Notes under the pieces: model-generated
What the model was told of the DNA's origin: nothing
The model's database searches: none
The model's input: only the letters and a program-made list of their open reading frames with translations
Origin: Ginglymostoma cirratum
Lineage: Eukaryota
Length of the DNA stretch: 64,000 nucleotides
Direction of reading: 5' to 3'
Assembly: GCA_024137785.1 (NCBI GenBank)
Contig: JAHRHZ010000002.1
Coordinates: 636,841 to 700,840, forward strand
Part shown: piece by piece, positions 48,836 through 59,014 of the stretch
How the letters are laid out: each line of letters starts with the position of its first letter
How positions within the stretch are numbered: position 1 is the stretch's first letter
Position numbers and translations under genes: made by a program

Positions 48836-50295
48836 AATGCCCATCAGCCATGATTAAATGGCGGAGTGGACTTGATGGGCCAAATGGCCTTACTTCCACT
48901 CCTATGTCTTATGGGATCATGCATATGACTGACTGTTGGTGCCTGAACATCCGAAGGCCCTGACTGTAATTTAAAGAACCACCTCAAACATGCACAGTTA
49001 TTCACTTCAGGATTCCTAGCCTCTGTCCTGCTCTTGTAGACACTTTCTTTATCGGGCTGGTCTGGCTTAGTGCATAGTCAATAATATGTCAATCATAGTC
49101 AATATAGTACCACTCTCAGTCTTCCTATCTGGGACTATACTCATTTCTGGTTGCCACCAGATTTCTGGCTGATGTTTAACAAACCAGCAACGAGGATGTC
49201 AAACAATCAATTTACACTTTCTCATGGTGCATTCCAGAAAGGGTGCTGATTCTTGAGTCCCAGGGTCATCACAAAAGTTCAAGATTTAATCCAATTACTC
49301 AAAGCCCCAATATTCCTGCCCGACGATTTCAGGTTAACAGACCACATTGACTAGGTTCTGCACTTAAGAAGAAATTACTATTTATTACAAATTAATCAGT
49401 TCTAACCTCAGAGGAACAAAATATGAATTGTCAACTGATATTTTTCTCAGTTAACTGTATCAGTTATTAATCCCCTACACACATCTACACTGACATAGTC
49501 AACCAAAACAGCATTGATATTATGAGTGGAGAAAAAATATTAGGGGAAGACATTTCAACTGAACACCTATGGGGTGAATTTAATGAGGTGTCCTGTATTT
49601 TCCCAAATCCTTCTGATTGCCAATTTCTTCTTTCCAAGATATTGGCTGCAGACATAGGGCAGTTGGCACACAAATTATTCACTCAGTCACTGCTTATAGG
49701 AAGCAATTCACAGGCAGATGGTGAATGGGAATAGTTAGCCATCTTCCAGTTCTTCATTGCTTCTCTGCGAAGAGAGCAAGAGCGAGAGAGACAGATGGAG
49801 AAAGCTGCTGACTCTTTAGAGTCTGGGGACTTTCAGCCCCTGGTTTTTAACACGCAGGCTATCCACCCACCCAGGACAATTGGATCCTGATTGGGAAAAA
49901 ATCAAAATGCTATCTCTGGGCAGAACTAGCTTGAAATAAACCCAGGGTGCTGATGAGTCACCAGCAGCTTCCCCTCCACTGCTTGAACAAAGATACACTG
50001 TAAATACATTGAGTTCCAAGAATTTGGTTTAGAACTGCATCATCTCCTTCCACGGTCTTTGGTTTAAAGCAGTATTCGTTTCCCATTTTGATGACCTATC
50101 TGAAAAATTTTAAAATATAGTCTTTATAATAGAATTTACGTCAATTTATATATTTTGGATATAGTCAATTACAGCCAGATCATTTGGACAAAAGCAACAG
50201 AAACACAAAAAAAAACACTTTCAGCCAAAACCTGTGATTGGACTTGTTGCCTATTTGTGGAGAAATTTTACTGAAATAAACATTTCTAAGAATGA

Positions 50296-50402
50296 CGAAA
50301 CGTCAAGTTTTCCTGCTCCTATGATGCGGCTTGACCTGCTGTGTTCATCCAGCCCCATGCTTGTTACCTCGGATTCTCCAGCATCTGCAGTACCTTTTAT
50401 CT
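50296..50402 (+). mobile_element. 107-bp PLE-tail insertion with 15-bp TSD
   Basis: CATTTCTAAGAATGA at 50281-50295 and 50403-50417; begins inside the ribozyme at CGAAACGTC. Confidence 0.9.
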
Positions 50403-51219
50403 CATTTCTAAGAATGATGTGTGACCAATAAGTATTTTTATTTCAGTTTGGCGCATTGTGAGCTGATTGGTTTCAATATGTAAATATCTATTGGAAAAGG
50501 TCTTTACTCATTTTACAATGTTTCTGTTTCAATAAATGGTGATGGGGTATGTTTGTACAAAGACAAGACAGCCTGAGGAATTGCTTATGTGTCTCCAGCA
50601 GCAACTGTAATCCATGTGGAATAATCCAGCTGGAACTGGACTTCTACCCACAACCTTGTTCTCTGCTTCAGGGCATTGATGGTTAAAATCCTACTCCAGG
50701 ACTTCAGCACAAAATTTGTGGCTGAAACGCCAGTGCAGTACTGAGGGATGGAAGAAATTACAGAGATAAGGAGGGGTAAGTCCATGGGGGATTTTGAAAA
50801 CAAGCTCAAAAATCTCACTAAAACTAACACTGAGTTTTCATGGGACGAGTGGATTATTCCTTGAATTTTATTTCTGACATATTTTTAGAACTGTCTAAAT
50901 AATAGAATTTTCCTGAGTGACTGAATGAAAGCAAAACAGTCCATCAGCAGTAATAATTGAAGGCAGTCTCTTAAAATGTCCTATCGCATCTGACTCCAAG
51001 GACTTCACCCCTCCCTCACAGCTTCAGGAACGCAGATATAAAGACAATACTGGCACCTATGGCTCCAACTCGTTAACACTTTAAATCAAATCAAACCAAA
51101 CTTTCAGGCCTACAGTTTCAGGAGAAACTCATTCTGTACATAGCCTTGGAGATTATACTACTAGAAACTGAAACTAATAGAATAGAAATATTACAAGTTA
51201 TTTTCACTCGCACTTATAA

Positions 51220-51600
51220 GCACTCGCTTAGCTGAGTCAGAAGACTGCAGTTTCAAGTCTCACCTAGAGTCTGGGCATTGTGGCTGACCCTCTAGTGGAA
51301 TAATAAGGCAGTGCTGCATTGTAAAAGAAACAATTAATGTTAATCCATGCTACTGTCCGCCCTTTCAGGTGAATGTAGAAGATTCCTTGAGATTAAAGAG
51401 CAGGGAAGATATCCTGGCCAGTGTGGATCCCACAATCACAAAAACAGATGATCTGATCAGTATCACATTAATATTTGTGGGGGCTTGCCATGTAAAAATG
51501 GGCTGCCATTGTTTTGAAATTAGAAACAGTGGCTAAACTTCACCAAACACATAATTGTCTAAAAGGTGCTTTCGGATAGCCTGAGTTCGTGAAACATTTG
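51220..51600 (+). mobile_element. Old Deu-domain (SacSINE1-like) SINE
   Basis: CTGAGTCAGAAG head, GTGCTGCATTGT, CAGGTGAATGTA, AAAACAGATGATCTG..TGTGGG..CTTG. Confidence 0.6.
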
Positions 51601-51711
51601 TACAGGACATATCTGGGCAATTCTCAGCTCGATGCCAGTGTTGTCACTTGGTTAGAGGTATGGCTAGTTCTGGAGCTTGACTTTTCAATATGACAGCTGA
51701 GATACAACTCA

Positions 51712-51836
51712 GGAAGGAGGGTCCAGACCCGAAACGTCAGCTTTCCTGCTCCTCTGATGCTGCTTGGCCTGCTGTGTTCATCCAGCTCTACACCTTGTTA
51801 TCTTAGATTCTCCAGCATCGGCAGTTCCTACTATCC
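51712..51836 (+). mobile_element. PLE-tail element
   Basis: GGGTCCAGACCCGAAACGTCAGCTTTCCTGCTCC..TTCTCCAGCATC..CTATC. Confidence 0.8.
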
Positions 51837-52489
51837 CTGAATCGAGATACAACTCTTGCTGTGGTCTGTGACATTTATTATATATCTGGAGGGAACCAAA
51901 CTAAGCAAAAACAAATAAAAGCAAAATATGATGTATGTTACAATTAAAAAACAGAAAAACTGCTGGACAAACATTGCAGATCTGGAACTGTCTGAGGAAG
52001 GGTAAACAGCTACAACATTTACAAGACATTTGGAGAGGTATATGGATAGGAAAGGTTTAGACGATATAAGCCAAACACAGGCAAACGGGACTAATCTAGT
52101 TTGGGAAACTTGGTTCAGCATGGACGAGTTAGACTGAAGAGTGTGTTTTTGTGCTGTTTGACCTAACAACTCTATTAGAGAAACAGAGTTCCTATTTTTT
52201 CATTTTTAAAATTATTTTTATTTTATTATCATATTTCTATTCAACATGGAAGCATTCCACACCGAGTAGAATGTTAACCAGGAAATGATCAGTGAGAGTT
52301 GCCCAGGCTGCTGAATTCCCAACTAATTTTAAAAAAGCAACTGGCCTAGTAATGGGCATCTCAGTGAAGAATTATATTCTTCTAGAAACTGCTAAACTCA
52401 TCAACACTGCTATCTTTCCACCTCTTTAACACACACCGAATGTGCACATGAAACAGGAACATGTGTGGGATCGTGTGTTATTGTACGTG

Positions 52490-52815
52490 GCACTCAGGCA
52501 TGCTGCACTGTCAGAGTTGCTGTCTTTTGGTTGACACTTTAAACTGAAACCCGATCTGCTGTCTGAACTGGACGTTCGTAATGCCATGCCACTCTTTCAA
52601 GGTGGAGCGAATGAGTTGTCCCCAGTGTTTTGGGCTATACTTGTCCCTTAGTCAGCACCAGAAAAGACAGATTTTCCAGTCATTGTCACAGTGATACTTT
52701 TGGGAGCTTGTTCTGTACACTGCAACAATGACTGACCTTCAAAAGTAGCTCATTGCCTATAGAGGGATGTGTTATTGCTGGTGGTTGAGAAAAGTTCTAT
52801 CAAAATGCAAGTCAC
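52490..52815 (+). mobile_element. Old Deu-domain SINE, second copy
   Basis: TGCTGCACTGTCAGAG..GAAAAGACAGATT..GGGAGCTTG..CTTCAAAAGTA, colinear with 51310-51600. Confidence 0.55.
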
Positions 52816-53090
52816 TTTTCAAATTAACAGGATTGTATTAAAATTCTATCCCTGAACATGAAAGAGACTTGGTTTTTAACAGCACAGTTCATAATTTGGT
52901 CAAAGCAACAAAAAACTGCTTCTATTGTTGTATCTGCTTCACGTTTAAAAATATTTTGTAGGCTGAAGTTTGACAACTAGTATTCACAGCTACCTGAGAT
53001 AAAAGGTACTGCAGATGCTGGAGAATCCAAGATAACAGGCATGGGGCTGGATGAACACAGCAGGTCAGGCAGCATCATAGGAACAGGAAA

Positions 53091-53126
53091 ACTTGACGTT
53101 TCGGGCCGAAACCCTTCATCAGAAAT
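53091..53126 (-). ncRNA. Minimal hammerhead ribozyme motif (left arm)
   Basis: ATTT-CTGATGA-A-GGGT(TTCG)GCCC-GAAAC-GTC|AAGT. Confidence 0.75.
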
Positions 53127-54167
53127 GGGGGAGGGGAAAAGGGTTCTGAAATAAATAGGGAGACAGGGGGAGGTGGATAGAGGATGGATAGAGGAGAGGA
53201 TAGGTGGAGAGGAGGCAGACAAGTCGAAGAGGCGGGGATGGAGCCAGTAAAGGTGAGTGTAGGTAGGGGGGTGAGAGGAAAAACAGGTTAGGGAGGTGGA
53301 GATGAGCTGGGCTGGTTTTGGGATGCGGTTGGGGGAGGGGAGATTTTGAAGCTTGTGAAATCCACATTGATGCCATTGGGCTGCAGGGTTCCCAGGCTGA
53401 ACATTAGTTGCTGTTCCTGCAGCCTTCGGGTGGCATCACTGTGGCATTGCAGGAGGCCAAGGATGGACATGTCATCTGAGGAATGGGAGGGGGAGTTGAA
53501 ATGGTTCGCGATTGGGAGGTGCAGTTGTTTGTTGCGAACTGAGCGCAGGTGTTCTGCAAAGCGGTCCCCAAGCCTCTGCTTGGTTTCCCCGATGTAGAGG
53601 AAGCCACAACGGGTACAGCGGATGCAGTATACCACACTGGCAGATGTGCAGGTGAACCTCTGCCTGATGTGGAAAGTCTTCTTGGGGCCTGGGGTTGGGG
53701 TGAGGGAGGAGGTGTGGGGGCAGGTGTAGCACTTCCTGCGGTTACAAGGAAAAGTGCCGGGTGTGGTGGGGCTGGAGGGGAGTGTGGAGCGGACAAGGGA
53801 GTCGCGGAGGGAGTGGTCCCTCCGGAAGGCAGATAAGGGTGGGGAGGGAAAAATGTCTTTGGTGGTGGGGTCTGATTGCAGATAGCGGAACGTGCAGCCC
53901 TCCACTCCCTCCGCTCCAATCCCAACCTCACCATAAAACCCGCGGACAAGGGAGGAGCAGTTGTAGTATGGCGCACTGACCTCTACGTTGCTCAGGCCAG
54001 GCGCCAACTCTCTGACACCTCCTCCTACCGGCCCCTGGATCATGACCCCACCCCCGAGCACCAAACCATCATCTCCCAAACCATCCACAACCTCATCACC
54101 TCAGGTGACCTCCCACCCACCGCCTCCAACCTCATCGTTCCCCAACCCCGCACCGCCCGCTTCTATC

Positions 54168-54567
54168 NNNNNNNNNNNNNNNNNNNNNNNNNNNNNNNNN
54201 NNNNNNNNNNNNNNNNNNNNNNNNNNNNNNNNNNNNNNNNNNNNNNNNNNNNNNNNNNNNNNNNNNNNNNNNNNNNNNNNNNNNNNNNNNNNNNNNNNNN
54301 NNNNNNNNNNNNNNNNNNNNNNNNNNNNNNNNNNNNNNNNNNNNNNNNNNNNNNNNNNNNNNNNNNNNNNNNNNNNNNNNNNNNNNNNNNNNNNNNNNNN
54401 NNNNNNNNNNNNNNNNNNNNNNNNNNNNNNNNNNNNNNNNNNNNNNNNNNNNNNNNNNNNNNNNNNNNNNNNNNNNNNNNNNNNNNNNNNNNNNNNNNNN
54501 NNNNNNNNNNNNNNNNNNNNNNNNNNNNNNNNNNNNNNNNNNNNNNNNNNNNNNNNNNNNNNNNNNN
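54168..54567. other. Assembly gap (400 N)
   Basis: N run. Confidence 1.
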
Positions 54568-54859
54568 GAAATGGTTCGCGACTGGGAGGTGCAGTTGTTT
54601 GTTGCGAACTGAGCGCAGGTGTTCTGCAAAGCGGTCCCCAAGCCTCCGCTTGGTTTCCCCGATGTAGAGGAAGCCACAACGGGTACAGCGGATGCAGTAT
54701 ACCACATTGGCAGATGTGCAGGTGAACATCTGCCTGATGTGGAAAGTCTTCTTGGGGCCTGGGATTGGGGTGAGGGAGGAAGTGTGGGGGCAGGTGTAGC
54801 ACTTCCTGCGGTTGCAGGGAAAAGTGCTGGGTGTGGTGGGGCTGGAGGGGAGTGTGGAG

Positions 54860-54959
54860 NNNNNNNNNNNNNNNNNNNNNNNNNNNNNNNNNNNNNNNNN
54901 NNNNNNNNNNNNNNNNNNNNNNNNNNNNNNNNNNNNNNNNNNNNNNNNNNNNNNNNNNN
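54860..54959. other. Assembly gap (100 N)
   Basis: N run. Confidence 1.
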
Positions 54960-55174
54960 ATGTGGAAAGTCTTCTTGGGGCCTGGGGTTGGGGTGAGGGA
55001 GGAGGTGTGGGGGCAGGTGTAGCACTTCCTGCGGTTACAAGGAAAAGTGCCGGGTGTGGTGGGGCTGGAGGGGAGTGTGGAGCGGACAAGGGAGTCGCGG
55101 AGGGAGTGGTCCCTCCGGAAGGCAGATAAGGGTGGGGAGGGAAAAATGTCTTTGGTGGTGGGGTCTGATTGCAG

Positions 55175-57072
55175 ATAGCGGAACGTGCAGCCCTCCACTC
55201 CCTCCGCTCCAATCCCAACCTCACCATAAAACCCGCGGACAAGGGAGGAGCAGTTGTAGTATGGCGCACTGACCTCTACGTTGCTCAGGCCAGGCGCCAA
55301 CTCTCTGACACCTCCTCCTACCGGCCCCTGGATCATGACCCCACCCCCGAGCACCAAACCATCATCTCCCAAACCATCCACAACCTCATCACCTCAGGTG
55401 ACCTCCCACCCACCGCCTCCAACCTCATCGTTCCCCAACCCCGCACCGCCCGCTTCTATCGCCTCCCCAAAATCCACAAACCTGAATGCCCTGGTCGACC
55501 CATTGTCTCCACCTGCTCCTGCCCCACCGAACTCATCTCCACCTACCCAGACTCCATTTTCACCCCCTTGGTCCAGGAAGTCCCTACCTACGTCCGTTAC
55601 ACCACCCACGCCCTCCACCTCCTCCAGAACTTCCAATTCCCAGGTCCCCAACACCTCATTTTTACCATGGACGTCCAGTCCCTATACACCTGTATGCCCC
55701 ATGCTGATGGCCTAAAGGCACTCCGCTTCTTCCTGTCCCGCAGAACGGACCAATCCCCCTCCACCGACACCCTCATCCGCCGAGCCGAACTCGTCCTCAC
55801 CCTCAACAACTTCTCTGTCAATTCCTCCCACTTCCTACAAAGGGGGTGGCCATGGGTACCCGCATGGGCCCAAGCTATGCCTGCCTCTTTGTAGGTTATG
55901 TGGAACAATGCCTCTTCCGTACCTACACTGGCCCTAAACCCCACCTCTTCCTCCGTTACATTGATGATTGCATCGGCGCCGCCTCGTGCTCCCACGAGGA
56001 GCTCGAACAGTTCATCCAATACACCAACACCTTCCACCACAACCTGAAGTTCACCTGGACCATCTCCAACACTTCTCTCTCCTTCCTGGACCTCTCTGTC
56101 TCCATCTCGGGCAACCACCTAGAGACAGATGTCCATTTCAAGCCCACTGACTCCCACAGCTACCTGGAATACACCTCCTCCCACCCACCCTCCTGCAAAA
56201 ATGCCATCCCCTATTCCCAATTCCTTCGCCTCCGCCGCATCTGCTCCCAGGATGAGACATTCCACTCCCGTACATCTCAAATGTCCTCATTCTTCAAGGA
56301 CCGCAACTTCCCCCCCACAGTGGTCGAGAACGCCCTCGACCGTGTCTCCCGCATTTCCCGGAACACATTCCTCACGCCCCGTCCCCGTAACAATAACCAA
56401 AAAAGAATCCCCCTCGTCCTCACATACCACCCCACCAACCTCCGGATCCAACGCATCATCCTCCGACACTTCCGCCAACTGCAATCAGACCCCACCACCA
56501 AAGACATTTTTCCCTCCCCACCCTCATCTGCCTTCCGGAGGGACCACTCCCTCCGCGACTCCCTTGTCCACTCCACACTCCCCTCCAGCCCCACCACACC
56601 CGGCACTTTTCCTTGTAACCGCAGGAAGTGCTACACCTGCCCCCATACCTCCTCCCTCACCCCAACCCCAGGCCCCAAGAAGACTTTCCACATCAGGCAG
56701 AGGTTCACCTGCACATCTGCCAATGTGGTATACTGCATCCACTGTACCCGTTGTGGCTTCCTCTACATCGGGGAAACCAAGCGGAGGCTTGGGGACCGCT
56801 TTGCAGAACACCTGCACTCAGTTCGCAACAAACAACTGCACCTCCCAGTTGCGAACCATTTCAACTCCCCCTCCCATTCCTCAGATGACAGGTCCATCCT
56901 TGGCCTCCTGCAATGCCACAGTGATGCCACCCAAAGGCTGCAGGAACAGCAACTCATATTCAGCCTGGGAACCCTGCAGCCCAATGGCATCAATGTGGAT
57001 TTCACAAGCTTCAAAATCTCCCCTCCCCCAACCGCATCCCAAAACCAGCCCAGCTCATCTCCACCTCCCTAA
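55175..57072 (+). pseudogene. Neptune PLE RT + GIY-YIG ORF, 5'-truncated, one frameshift near 55838
   Basis: IKPADKGG, PKIHK..GRPIVS, TMDVQSLYT, AMGTRMGP, LRYIDD, FLDL; Cys linker FPCNRRKCYTC; NVVYCIHCTRCGFLYIGETKRRLGDRFAEH..PNGIN. Confidence 0.92.
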
Positions 57073-57323
57073 CCTGTTTTTCCTCTCACCTCAAGCCACA
57101 CCCCCATCTCCTATCTACTAACATCATCCCGCCCCCCTGACCTGTCCGTCCTCCCTGGACTGACCTATCTCCTCCCTACCCCGCTACCTACACTCACCTT
57201 TACTGGCTCCATCCCCGCCTCTTCAACTTGTCTGCCTCCTCTCCACCTATCCTCTCCTCTATCCATCCTCTATCCACCTCCCCCTCTCTCCCTATTTATT
57301 TCAGAACCCTCTTCCCCTCCCCC

Positions 57324-57359
57324 ATTTCTGATGAAGGGTTTAGGCCCGAAACGTCAAGT
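57324..57359 (+). ncRNA. Minimal hammerhead ribozyme motif (right terminus)
   Basis: ATTT-CTGATGA-A-GGGT(TTAG)GCCC-GAAAC-GTC|AAGT. Confidence 0.75.
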
Positions 57360-59014
57360 TCACAGCTACCTGAATTTGTTCAGAATGAAATGACTTAGAA
57401 CATTTTTGAAAGGCATTTATTGTCAGTCACATTTCTTATGACAACTACTTGTTTCCTGATGACCAGCTTCCTGGGCTTAAAACTCTCAGGTTACAGTTTA
57501 TGCTTTGAATATTTTCTTTGGAATAGTTGATGACAAGTCTGTAGGGAAGGGGCTCTGCTCATTTCTCCTGATTCTGGAAAATAAGACTCATCATTAATTC
57601 TGACTGTCCTCCTGCAGAGCAACTCTAAGATTTCTAAACACGATGTCTCCTGAGCAGGTTGCATCTGCCAAGATCCTACGGACAACTGCCTACGTTTTGT
57701 GACACTTATACACATGTCAGAATATCAAACTATTAGCCATTTGAACAACACTAATCTTATCTTTCACCAGATGTGTCTATTTTCCCATCTTGAATCTTGG
57801 CAAGGAGAAATTTGCTTTTTCCACTTACCTAGTGTTTGTGCATGTATTTGTTTTGGGTTATCTTGAGAGGCAAGCATTTTCTGCTTCATATTACAAATTG
57901 TATGTGTGTTAACTAGTTCTGCATCTTCAATGAATGTGTTCTGTTTCATGATAAATCAATGATTTTGTCCTTACTGATGAAACCTGATCAATAGAGAATT
58001 TTTTGTTATAAGTCTAATCTAGGAAAGGAGACAACTAGACACATCAAGTACTGGGAAAATCGATTACACTGATGTTGTGTCTGTGCAGCAATGAGACGAG
58101 AGAGTGATAGTGCACTCTTTCCGTCTTGGACAGAACAGTAACGTCATGGGCAAATATTTTGGAGAAAACAGCAGTTTGAGAAAGATGCTTTGAATTAGCT
58201 TATGGTTAGACTGCACCATTACTTTCTCTTTCACAAACATGTTTGAAATGCTCACCATCAAAGAAAATATCCAGGCTCCATTTCTAAAACTGTGTATAAT
58301 GTTGTTCAGATTGTGTTAACCTTCTGAATGTAAACAAAACTGCTTGTTCATGTTGCATGGGAATTACTCTAATTCCTGTTTCACTGACACTGCCATCATC
58401 GTGTCAAAAGCACTGTAAAAACCAAAAGTAACTGTTTCAACAACAAAAAGGATTACTGACACAATCATTTAAGTGGAACAACAAATTATCTACTGGAAAC
58501 TTCTCCAAAGTCAACATCAGTCAGACAATCAGAACCCAGACACCTCCTAATGGGTTTGGAAGACTAACAGTCTAAAAACCTACCTCGAGCGGTGAGCGGT
58601 CTTCATTTTGGTGTCGGCGGCAGTTCGAAGCGGGAAGAGCGGCAGCGAGCACCAGAGGCCTGACGGGAAGGTAAGACGGTTTAAAAACTTACCTCGAGCG
58701 GCGAGCGGTTTTTTCCTCACCGGGAGCGGCGGGAGACCAGGAGGTTGTGAGGAAGGTAAGGAATTAGTATATATTTGGGCAGCAGCTGTATATTTGCTAT
58801 ATATTAGTATATATTTGGGGAGAAATGAAAGAATAGGCAGGATGAACACGTGGCTTGAGGGACGGTGTAGGAGGGAGGGGTTCAGATTTGTGGGACACTG
58901 GGACTGGTTCTGGGGAAGGTGGGACTATTACAAATTGGATGGTCTACACCTGAACCAGACTGGAACAAGTGTTCTAGGGGGAGTTTTTGCTCGGGTTGGG
59001 GAGGGTTTAAACTA

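Larger units (their letters stand above)
44920..48913 (+). mobile_element. Near full-length CR1 LINE
   Basis: ORF1 plus ORF2 (APE + RT, FADD motif), tail GGCCAAATGGCCTTACTTCCACTCCTATGTCTTATG. Confidence 0.95.
52998..57358. mobile_element. Young Neptune-type PLE with inverted 3' arm and 15-bp TSD
   Basis: TTCACAGCTACCTGA at 52983-52997 and 57359-57373; minus arm 52998-~53881 (endonuclease + tail); plus arm RT-EN-tail to 57358. Confidence 0.92.

Noticed and set aside
49190-50140. Possible long solo LTR (similar look at 9060-10150, 25960-26380, 27300-27786)
   Set aside because: Composition is suggestive but termini and TSDs could not be fixed
53288-57121. Many overlapping Pro/Gly-rich ORFs, including those spanning X runs
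   Set aside because: Alternative frames of the C-rich Neptune sequence and N gaps
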